32,500 nucleotides of DNA from NCBI GenBank assembly GCA_035288145.1, contig DATEAX010000041.1:1-32500 (forward strand), read 5' to 3'. Shown piece after piece: positions 24,860 through 31,680 of this stretch; position 1 is the stretch's first letter; every line of letters begins with the position of its first letter. A program made the translations under genes and the position numbers. The stretch is from Patescibacteria group bacterium (GTDB lineage: Bacteria > Patescibacteriota > UBA1384 > UBA12157 > JAENIV01). The notes beneath the pieces are model-generated. The model did not search any database, was not told the DNA's origin, and saw nothing but the letters and a program-made list of their open reading frames with translations.

Positions 24860-25201
24860 TAAGATGGCGGCCGCCGGTTACACGAAACCTTTGGCTTAGG
24901 TTCGTTTGAGGGTAACCTCATCGGTTGCCCTCTCGCGATAGCTTATCTGCTAACCCTTACGGGGGATTTGCTCTCTAGGAGCCAGGAGCCCAGAACCTGG
25001 GTCTCCATCCTCTTCTTGGTCTACACCCGCGAAAGCGAGTGCACTTTCCTTTCGGACAGACCCTGCCATCGTCGAACCCACCGGGTCATTTTTTCTGATC
25101 GTCGATTTTGTCATCGCTTCCCATCCTGTACGAAGACAGGAAACGACCATGTCTTGCCTCCATAGATTGGCTTCGTGCCGCCTCACCATATCTTCAAGAC
25201 A
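24860..25201 (-). ncRNA. Structured RNA gene of about 340 nt, class unresolved (short RNase P RNA-like motif matches, not confirmed)
   Basis: - A consensus promoter lies upstream and a terminator lies downstream.
- There is no credible ORF.
- The 5' and 3' ends pair: GGCGGC/GCCGCC and CACGAAGCC/GGUUUCGUG.
- GNRA-capped hairpins are UCC-GAAA-GGA (25048-25057) and CCC-GUAA-GGG (24955-24964).
- There are several further GC-rich stems. Confidence 0.6.
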
Positions 25202-25207
25202 ACCCAA

Positions 25208-25236
25208 TTATAGCATAAAACTTATAATTTGTCAAG
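25208..25236 (-). promoter_or_regulatory. Consensus sigma70 promoter for the minus-strand RNA gene
   Basis: On the minus strand: TTGACA (25236-25231), a 17 nt spacer, then TATAAT (25213-25208). Confidence 0.75.
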
Positions 25237-25286
25237 GGTTGGGTCATCTTGGCAGTAATTTTTGTATTTGACAGAACTTAACTTTT

Positions 25287-26291
25287 TTGTTTAAACTGAA
25301 GAGGCACCCAAGGAGGTTTGAAATTTTTAACCTTACTTCTCGTCTAATCGTCATTCGCAAAAAAATCCGTAATCGGATTCCCGAGGGCCTGATTGATTTT
25401 GGGCAGCGCAAGGTCCTGCCTTATGTGGCAATCATCATCATTGCCCTTTTTACGATGATTGCCGATTTAGCCAAAGCCCAAGAGCATAATGTTATCTATA
25501 CTCCTTCGGAAGATGTTATGGACTTATCGCCGGCCGAGGTGGCCAAAGTCACTTCAATTATCGGGCCTTATACCGCGGAAATCGATGAGGATCCGGTCTC
25601 GGTGGCCTTGGCAATCGAAAACAAAGACTATCTTGGAAAGCCGGTGATTTCGGCCACGGAAATTACCGAGCGGCCCAAATCAGATGAAAAAAGAACCAAG
25701 ACAATCATTTATACCGTTGAAGGGGGCGACACTTTGTCTAAAATCGCTTGGGATTACAGCTTGAAAATTGCCACCATTAAAGTTGCCAACGGTCTTTCTT
25801 CGGATATGATTAAACCCGGTCAAACGCTCAAATTGCCGCCTCAAGATTTGGATCCGGGGACGATAGCCAGCTTAAAAACCAAAACCGTCGCTGGGGTGGC
25901 CATCAAGCCGTTTAAGGGCACATTTCGCTCTCCCACCAGCGGCTGGCGGCTGACTCAAGGGTTTGGCCGGACTGGTTTTGAAAGATTTCATGACGGGATT
26001 GATTTGGATTGGGGGTCAGGAACAACCTTATATGCCGCGGCATCGGGAAGAGTTGTCAGAGCAACTCGAGGTTGGGGCGGGGGATACGGGACCCATATCG
26101 TTATTGATCACGGCGACGGCTTCCAGACTCTTTACGGACATATGTCGAGTTATTCGGTTGGTGTCGGTCAGTGGGTCAATCAAGGTCAAGTGATCGGCGT
26201 TATGGGCAACACCGGCTGGTCAACCGGCGTCCATGTTCATTTTAAAATTACTAAAAACGGTACCCCGGTTAACCCGCTGGATTATTTATGA
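25287..26291 (+). CDS. LysM domain-containing M23 family metallopeptidase
   Basis: It has a TM anchor, a LysM domain (YTVEGGDTLSKIAWDYSLKIATIKVANGL...PGQTLKLP) and M23 motifs (HDGIDLD, GHMS, GNTGWSTGVHVHF). The start codon is uncertain; see the findings. Confidence 0.85.
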   Translation: MFKLKRHPRRFEIFNLTSRLIVIRKKIRNRIPEGLIDFGQRKVLPYVAIIIIALFTMIADLAKAQEHNVIYTPSEDVMDLSPAEVAKVTSIIGPYTAEIDEDPVSVALAIENKDYLGKPVISATEITERPKSDEKRTKTIIYTVEGGDTLSKIAWDYSLKIATIKVANGLSSDMIKPGQTLKLPPQDLDPGTIASLKTKTVAGVAIKPFKGTFRSPTSGWRLTQGFGRTGFERFHDGIDLDWGSGTTLYAAASGRVVRATRGWGGGYGTHIVIDHGDGFQTLYGHMSSYSVGVGQWVNQGQVIGVMGNTGWSTGVHVHFKITKNGTPVNPLDYL

Positions 26292-26342
26292 TTTTGGATT
26301 TGACATTTTGATTTTTGATTTTTGAGATTTTATTTTTTTATT

Positions 26343-27308
26343 ATGACTGACGAAGCAATCATCAAAATTAGAGCCGGTGATGGGGGAAACGGTTTAGTGT
26401 CTTTTCGGCGGGAAAGATTTGTCCCTAAGGGCGGTCCAGACGGCGGCGATGGCGGCAAGGGCGGCGATGTTTATTTTATTTGCGACAATAATGTTCATAC
26501 TTTAAGCGATTTTGCCCGGAAAAAAGAATGGCAAGCCGAAAGCGGAGAGCATGGTAAGACTAAGAGACAGCGCGGGAAAAATGGTCAGGATCTGATACTT
26601 CCTCTTCCGCCGGGAACAATCGTTACCGAAAGAGACCAAAAATCGGTTCTTTGCGATTTTAAAAAAATCGGCGAAAAAGTTGTTATCGTCCGCGGCGGCC
26701 TGGGCGGCTGGGGGAATGTTCATTTTAAGAGCGCCACTTCCCAATCCCCCGCTTTTGCCAAAAAAGGGGAACCGGGCGAAGAAAAGACTTTGCACATAGA
26801 ATTAAAGTTAATTGCCGACGCGGGTTTAATTGGGCTTCCGAATTCAGGCAAATCCACCTTGTTGGCGCGGATTTCCAATGCTCATCCTAAGATCGCCGAC
26901 TATCCTTTTACCACTTTAGAGCCGAATTTGGGCGTTGCCAAAATCAGTGGTAAAGAGTTTGTTATTGCTGATATCCCCGGACTCATCGAAGGCGCGTCAT
27001 CTGGCAAAGGTTTGGGCGATAAATTCCTCCGCCATATTGAACGGACCGATGTTTTAATCCATTTGATTGATATCAATAGCCAAAATCTTATCGGTGATTA
27101 CCAGACGATTCGCGCCGAACTTCAAATTTGGAATCCCCTGCTTTGCAAGAAAAAAGAAATTGTTATTTTAAGCAAAGCCGATACTCTGCCAGAAAAAGAA
27201 GCCCAAAAAATTGCCAAAGATTTGTCGGGCAAAATAAAAAAAGAGGTCTTCATTATTTCGGCTGTTTCCGGCAAGGGGTTAGAAGAATTTTTAGAGAAAC
27301 TATTTTAG
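26343..27308 (+). CDS. obg: GTPase Obg/CgtA
   Basis: It has the Obg fold (IKIRAGDGGNGLVSFRRERFVPKGGPDGGDGGKGGDV) and G motifs (GLPNSGKST, DIPGLIEGA, SKAD). ATG 26343 is preferred over the track start at 26322. Confidence 0.93.
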   Translation: MTDEAIIKIRAGDGGNGLVSFRRERFVPKGGPDGGDGGKGGDVYFICDNNVHTLSDFARKKEWQAESGEHGKTKRQRGKNGQDLILPLPPGTIVTERDQKSVLCDFKKIGEKVVIVRGGLGGWGNVHFKSATSQSPAFAKKGEPGEEKTLHIELKLIADAGLIGLPNSGKSTLLARISNAHPKIADYPFTTLEPNLGVAKISGKEFVIADIPGLIEGASSGKGLGDKFLRHIERTDVLIHLIDINSQNLIGDYQTIRAELQIWNPLLCKKKEIVILSKADTLPEKEAQKIAKDLSGKIKKEVFIISAVSGKGLEEFLEKLF

Positions 27309-27311
27309 ACC

Positions 27312-27337
27312 ACTCCCACCTACGAGGTGAGATTTTT
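27312..27337 (+). terminator. obg terminator hairpin, also the left copy of the island-bracketing repeat
   Basis: The stem-loop cccacct-acg-aggtgag is followed by attttt. The 21-mer at 27315-27335 recurs inverted at 32361-32381. Confidence 0.65.
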
Positions 27338-27512
27338 GCAGGTTAAGGGTTTGGATTTAGATGCTTGTTTAACGGCTCAGGGTGTGTGAGCCGTTGGGTT
27401 CTCAATTTTCTTGGCGTTGGATAACGTTCTCTTGTTAAATATAGGTAAGAAATTCCCCTTCTTTTATATTTTACTCTAGCAATTTTTGACATTTTTGAGA
27501 TTTTGCATTCTC

Positions 27513-27551
27513 ATAACCTATTTTGGGTTATACCACAATAGGATATACAAT
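27513..27551 (+). promoter_or_regulatory. Promoter with an overlapping inverted repeat (C-box-like) for a leaderless HTH gene
   Basis: TTGGGT (27523-27528), a 17 nt spacer, then TACAAT (27546-27551). The predicted TSS lies only about 4-5 nt before ATG 27562, and there is no SD. The inverted repeat ATAACC-n7-GGTTAT (27513-27531) overlaps the -35. Confidence 0.5.
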
Positions 27552-27561
27552 ATAAACAAGT

Positions 27562-27783
27562 ATGTCAAAGTCAATTTATTCAAAAGAATATAAAAGTGTT
27601 TTAGAAAAGCTTAAAAAAGCCCGTTTTGAAGTTGGGTTGAAGCAAGAGGACGTGGCCCAAAAATTAAAAAAGCCCCAATCTTATATTTCAAAAATAGAAA
27701 GGGGCGAGAGAAGAGTTGATATTACCGAATTAAAAGAGTTGGCAAAAATTTATAAAAAGAATATAAACTTTTTTGTTGAGTAA
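27562..27783 (+). CDS. XRE-family HTH protein, controller (C) protein-like
   Basis: The 73 aa protein has the HTH_3 pattern [48 protein letters not shown]. It lies 2 nt upstream of the next ORF. Confidence 0.8.
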   Translation: MSKSIYSKEYKSVLEKLKKARFEVGLKQEDVAQKLKKPQSYISKIERGERRVDITELKELAKIYKKNINFFVE

Positions 27784-27785
27784 TT

Positions 27786-28790
27786 ATGTCTAAAATTCAA
27801 GAATTATTATCAGGCAAAACGGATCAAGTTAACTATGAAAAAATAGTCAAAGATTATCCGTGGATTATAAAAAGGGGACAAAATTGTATTTTGAGTCCAG
27901 ATAGTGACGGTTTATTATGTGGTCTATTTATGTCCACTTATTTAGATTGGCGAATAAAAGGTTTTTATGATGGGAAGGTAATGTTGTTAGATAAAGATAT
28001 TTCGGCTAAAGATTGCGTATTTTTGGATATGGAAGTTTTTAGAAAGGATATAAAAAGCGTTGGTCACCATATGGTCCAATTTAATAAAAAGAAAAGGCCG
28101 TCAAACTGGAATAATTATAAAAATTGCATCCAGCCAAACAATTTACGAAATTATGACGGATACAAGGACTTCCGCTTAAAATATCCGTTAGCGACTATAC
28201 ATTTTTTAATTGGGATAGTTGGCTCAAAAATAAAATTAACAATTCCTCAATCGGCTATTTGTCCATTGTTTTATGTTGATGGCGTGTTCAAAAACTTATT
28301 TGGCTATCCGGAAAATTGTATTGATTGGTTAAGATATTTAGATGCTAAATCAAATAAAAATAACTTGCATGAAATATTTTTTAACGAGCACTATTCTGTT
28401 TATAATTTAATGGTGGCCTTAAAGGACTTTTTTACGCAAATCAGTGAAATTAGCGAAAATAGAAATGGTAATGATAAAATAAAGATTTCTAACACAAAAG
28501 GAGAACCAGTAAACCCGAAAATGAGTGGCAAAACTTGCGAATTAAATGAAGAAGAAAAGCAAAAATCAGAAAAGTTTTTAAAAATTTTATCGGGATTGAC
28601 GAATTGGAATTATAAAAAAGAAAATTGGCAGTGGGATAACTTAAAAATTTATCAGTTTAGTAAATTTGCCATTAAACCGAATAATAGAAATTTTGAAGTA
28701 ATGATTGCCAAAAACCCAATTTCTTGGGCAATGACTAGCGGCTTAGCCATAGAATATACTATAGATGACAAAAATATTTTGTTAAAATAG
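27786..28790 (+). CDS. Uncharacterised 334 aa protein. By position it is the nuclease/effector candidate. It has DHH-like motifs.
   Basis: I recognise no family with confidence. The candidate motifs are ILSPDSDGLLCG (DxD), CVFLDME (D) and SVGHHM (a variant of DHH). It is co-directional with the C-like gene and converges on the methyltransferase gene with a 9 nt overlap. Confidence 0.55.
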   Translation: MSKIQELLSGKTDQVNYEKIVKDYPWIIKRGQNCILSPDSDGLLCGLFMSTYLDWRIKGFYDGKVMLLDKDISAKDCVFLDMEVFRKDIKSVGHHMVQFNKKKRPSNWNNYKNCIQPNNLRNYDGYKDFRLKYPLATIHFLIGIVGSKIKLTIPQSAICPLFYVDGVFKNLFGYPENCIDWLRYLDAKSNKNNLHEIFFNEHYSVYNLMVALKDFFTQISEISENRNGNDKIKISNTKGEPVNPKMSGKTCELNEEEKQKSEKFLKILSGLTNWNYKKENWQWDNLKIYQFSKFAIKPNNRNFEVMIAKNPISWAMTSGLAIEYTIDDKNILLK

Positions 28791-30233
28791 TTTTCGACTA
28801 GTCGTTCCTTCCTCTTTAAGACGTTTTTTGGCTAATTCGCAATAGTCATTAGATATATCTATTCCAATATAATTTCTCTCTAATTGAATAGCCGCCAATA
28901 CTGTTGTTCCGCTACCCACAAATGGGTCAAGTACAATACCTGTAGGTGGACAAAAACATTGAATAAAATCATACGGCAAACGATCGGGAAATGTTGCTGG
29001 ATGTTGATGTTTAAGACGAGTACCATCTCCGGCTGTCATATACTCCCAAATTGTGCCACGACATTTCCTTAGGTTTATGGTAATTGGACGAGTAGCGATT
29101 CTAACACCATTAGTGAGACGAGTACCGCCACCAGTCATTGTTTTACCACCATGTTTTGACGGGATTTTTAATGGTTCTTTATTAAAGTATTGCGGCCGTT
29201 CTCCTTTCAGAAAAATTGGCATATATTCATGGTCAACACGGAAACGTTTATTCCACCAAGCGCCCTCTGCACCATATTTTCTGTAAATTACTGTTTCAAA
29301 TAATTTAAAGCCGATGTTGTCAACCCAATCTATGATAGTTCTAAAAGAAGTTAGCGATTTGCCAAAATCTTTTGTTTGATCTTGGATAACCATAACTGCT
29401 ATGCCGCCTTCTTTCAGAACGCGATATATTTCTTTACCGGTAGCGTGTAAATCGAAGCTAAAACCATTATATTTTCTGATTCCGTCGTAAGGTGGAGATG
29501 TGACAACTAAATCAATGGAATTGCTAGGAAATTTTTTAAGCTCGCTCACTGCATCGCCACAAATAATTTTATTTAGTGGCACTGTGCTAAATTTTTTTAT
29601 TCCTTTTTGAGGTAATAATTCCGTTGCCTGTAATGCTTCTTCATTTTTAATTACATCAATAACAATACCTTGAATAACAATTCCTCTGTCTTTTTTAATA
29701 ATTATTGGCTCAATAGTCTTATTGGCTGGCTGTAACCTTATGTACCCCTTTTCTTTGTAAAATTTTTTAAGCGTTGCTTCATAGTTATCTAATAAAGCAA
29801 CTACCTTTTGTCCATTTTCGGCAACGCTTTGTTGTTTAACTAAAATTATATCGCCATCTTTGATGTTTTCATCTATCATACTATTACCCAAAACTCGTAA
29901 GGCATAAAATTCGCCAGAATGAGGAAGTTTATTTTGTGGCACAGCGATTGTTTCTTTGTCTTGTATTGCCTCAATTGGTTGACCGGCGGCAATAATACCG
30001 AGTAAAGGAATTTTTATCATTGTATTTATGTCATATATACCAAGAGCACGAGGTCTATTTTTGTCTCTTTTTAAATATCCTAAATCTTGGAGTCTTGAGA
30101 TATGAAAATGAGCCGTTGAAACAGAAGAAAGTTTAAGATATCTTTTAACCTCTTCTAAAGAAGGAGCATAATTATGTCTGGTTATAAAGTTCCTGACAAA
30201 ATCAAGAACTTGTTTTTGGCGTTTTGTAAGCAC
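28782..30233 (-). CDS. LexA (wHTH plus S24 peptidase) fused to a beta-class N4-C/N6-A DNA methyltransferase
   Basis: - Residues 1 to about 200 align end to end with LexA. They include LTKRQKQVLDF, the cleavage site IPLLGIIAAGQPIEA, the Ser motif LRVLGNSM, the Lys motif EATLKKF, and the C-terminal GIVIDVIKN.
- The remainder carries methyltransferase motif IV (DLVVTSPPY), followed much later by motif I (VLDPFVGSGTT).
- There is no stop or Met at the junction.
- The start is probably GTG 30233, 8 nt after aaggag. The track start GTG 30242 overlaps the SD. Confidence 0.85.
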   Translation of the reverse strand: MLTKRQKQVLDFVRNFITRHNYAPSLEEVKRYLKLSSVSTAHFHISRLQDLGYLKRDKNRPRALGIYDINTMIKIPLLGIIAAGQPIEAIQDKETIAVPQNKLPHSGEFYALRVLGNSMIDENIKDGDIILVKQQSVAENGQKVVALLDNYEATLKKFYKEKGYIRLQPANKTIEPIIIKKDRGIVIQGIVIDVIKNEEALQATELLPQKGIKKFSTVPLNKIICGDAVSELKKFPSNSIDLVVTSPPYDGIRKYNGFSFDLHATGKEIYRVLKEGGIAVMVIQDQTKDFGKSLTSFRTIIDWVDNIGFKLFETVIYRKYGAEGAWWNKRFRVDHEYMPIFLKGERPQYFNKEPLKIPSKHGGKTMTGGGTRLTNGVRIATRPITINLRKCRGTIWEYMTAGDGTRLKHQHPATFPDRLPYDFIQCFCPPTGIVLDPFVGSGTTVLAAIQLERNYIGIDISNDYCELAKKRLKEEGTTSRKLF

Positions 30234-30258
30234 TTGACACACTCCTTTTTACTGATTA

Positions 30259-30294
30259 CGATTATATTGTAATCGAAAATAAATCGAAAGTCAA
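30259..30294 (-). promoter_or_regulatory. Promoter of the LexA-methyltransferase gene with a palindromic operator over the -10
   Basis: On the minus strand: TTGACT (30294-30289), a 17 nt spacer, then TACAAT (30271-30266). The 17 bp palindrome CGATTATATTGTAATCG (30259-30275, 7 of 8 arm pairs) covers the -10. Two direct AATCGAAA copies lie 11 bp apart (30271-30278 and 30282-30289). Confidence 0.6.
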
Positions 30295-30329
30295 TTGTGG
30301 ATAACTTTGAACTAAGAAAGGGAGTTAAA

Positions 30330-30476
30330 ATGGCAAGAGAGAAAACAAGCCGAAGGGTAGCAAAAATTGCCTCCAAACAATTAAAAAGCAAAAGATCTTC
30401 AAAGCCAGCGAAAGCAACTGCCGGTAGTTCTTTGACGCAGTACGAGCCAAGACGCAAAATGAGGAAAAAGAAATAA
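30330..30476 (+). CDS. Small highly basic protein (48 aa), hypothetical
   Basis: SD aaagggag lies upstream of ATG 30330. Hand translation gives MAREKTSRRVAKIASKQLKSKRSSKPAKATAGSSLTQYEPRRKMRKKK. It is transcribed divergently from the LexA-methyltransferase gene. Confidence 0.45.
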   Translation: MAREKTSRRVAKIASKQLKSKRSSKPAKATAGSSLTQYEPRRKMRKKK

Positions 30477-30494
30477 AAATCATCAGAGAGGAAA

Positions 30495-30857
30495 ATGAAA
30501 AATTATCATTCAATTATTTTAGATACTGAATTTAAAGATCCAGAATTTGTCAAAAAATGGAAAATTTTGGGCAAGAAAAAATCTCGTCTCAATCCTTGGT
30601 GGCAATTAAAAGTTGAAGTACCAGAAGATAAATTTGACGATTTTATTAAAGAAGGCCAAAAATTATTACTAAACGATAAATTTTATTTTCATATCTATTG
30701 TGAAGGCGAACTCTATTTCGTTTGGCCAAAAAGAATTTTTAAAGTCGACTCAGATAAATCAGATTGGCAAGAGATGCTTGATTATGCCAAACAGCGCCAC
30801 ATTCCAGATGATCAAATGGATATACCTGTCGTCAGCTTTGACACTGAAGCATATTAA
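30495..30857 (+). CDS. Hypothetical protein (120 aa)
   Basis: SD agagagg lies upstream of ATG 30495. The composition is protein-like, but I recognise no family. Confidence 0.6.
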   Translation: MKNYHSIILDTEFKDPEFVKKWKILGKKKSRLNPWWQLKVEVPEDKFDDFIKEGQKLLLNDKFYFHIYCEGELYFVWPKRIFKVDSDKSDWQEMLDYAKQRHIPDDQMDIPVVSFDTEAY

Positions 30858-30876
30858 ATAAATGTAAAAAGAAAAA

Positions 30877-30898
30877 GCTCTCGGATTTCTCCGAGGGC
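30877..30898. terminator. Bidirectional intrinsic terminator
   Basis: The sequence gctctcgga-tttc-tccgagggc forms a 9 bp stem. It is flanked by an A-run upstream and a T-rich tract downstream. Confidence 0.7.
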
Positions 30899-31009
30899 TT
30901 TGAGATTTGAGAAAGTTTGTGTAAGCAAGCTGGACGGTTCGGAGTCTTTACGTGTAGCCACATTTTTCGCAAATGCCCTGGTGGTTATTTTCCCCTCCGC
31001 AATGACATG

Positions 31010-31369
31010 TCAGGGCATTTTCTTTGTTTTCCATTCTTCTCTCGCTCTGACAATTGCTTCATTCTCCCTTTTCCATCTTATCTCATCACATATCAGGAAG
31101 GCGATAAAGTAGATAACGAGCGAAGCACCGAAACACCCGAGATAGATCCATCCAAGAAGGTGGCTAGCCATGAAGTATGTCTTACCCTTGATCCAGTAGA
31201 CCACCAACGTGGCGGCAAAGATACCAATCCAAGAAAAGAAAAGGATCTTTGTGCCGATCCAGGCATCTTGCCAAGAAGTGTCGGGCGGCCCAGGACTCCT
31301 TCCCGGCTCGTAATCTGGATCCTGCGGTTGATTGTCAGGTCCGTAAAACTGTCCATAACCAGTGTACAT
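31010..31369 (-). CDS. Membrane protein (119 aa), hypothetical
   Basis: A strong SD (aaggaggt) lies upstream of ATG 31369. The protein has a Pro/Asp-rich N-terminus followed by 2-3 TM helices. The overlapping plus-strand ORFs lack an SD and do not look protein-like. Confidence 0.65.
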   Translation of the reverse strand: MYTGYGQFYGPDNQPQDPDYEPGRSPGPPDTSWQDAWIGTKILFFSWIGIFAATLVVYWIKGKTYFMASHLLGWIYLGCFGASLVIYFIAFLICDEIRWKRENEAIVRAREEWKTKKMP

Positions 31370-31506
31370 TGAGTTACCTCCTTATCGGAATGGCTTAATG
31401 ATAGCGTAAAAAAGCAGGAAAATCAAGCGGCCGAACAGCAAGACATCGGAAAGCTGGTTATAATCGTGTATAATAAAGTCGAACTAAAAATCATCGAGGG
31501 GAAAAA

Positions 31507-31680
31507 ATGAGCGAAGGTATTCGGATGAAAATATATGGTTATAACAAGACCGAGAGTACCTTGAGACCCCATGCGATCATCACTGATGAAAACAACAAAA
31601 AGGAAAAAGTAGTATTGACCGCGCTATCCGACGAAGAAGTTGACGCAAGAGCCAAGGAGTGGCTCAAAATAAGAAATTAA
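31507..31680 (+). CDS. Small hypothetical protein (57 aa)
   Basis: The -10 like boxes tggttataat and gtgtataat lie upstream at about 31454-31473. SD gagggg precedes ATG 31507. Hand translation gives MSEGIRMKIYGYNKTESTLRPHAIITDENNKKEKVVLTALSDEEVDARAKEWLKIRN. Confidence 0.4.
   Translation: MSEGIRMKIYGYNKTESTLRPHAIITDENNKKEKVVLTALSDEEVDARAKEWLKIRN

Noticed and set aside
24860-25201. Assigning the structured RNA definitively as RNase P RNA, tmRNA or SRP RNA.
   Set aside because: - RNase P: the GAGGAAAGUCCGG block is missing, and the P4 3' strand only fits after shifting.
- tmRNA: there is no GGGG 5' end, T-arm with acceptor and CCA, or ALAA-type tag.
- SRP: GUCUGUCC-GAAA-GGAAAGUGCAC only loosely resembles GUCAGGUCC-GGAA-GGAAGCAGC, and the RNA is too long.
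- The class is left unresolved pending a covariance-model search.
28782-30242. The idea that the LexA-methyltransferase ORF is just two adjacent genes.
   Set aside because: Within the given sequence the frame is continuous. There is no stop, no internal SD and no start codon near the junction (...VIKNEEALQATELLPQKGIKKFSTVPLNKIICGD...). A sequencing or assembly frameshift cannot be excluded from the sequence alone, so it is kept as a finding with that caveat.
30296-30304. A perfect DnaA-box 9-mer (TGTGGATAA), raising the possibility of a replication origin. A near match occurs at about 11663, and gyrB is in the window.
   Set aside because: It is a single isolated box, which is about as likely as not to occur by chance in 65 kb of two-strand sequence. 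There is no cluster of boxes, no AT-rich DUE next to it, and no dnaA or dnaN nearby.
30900-31372. Plus-strand ORFs 30900..31112 and 30917..31372, and minus-strand ORF 31093..31356.
   Set aside because: They have no SD and unconvincing composition. The minus-strand ORF 31010..31369 has a strong AAGGAGG SD and clear TM helices.
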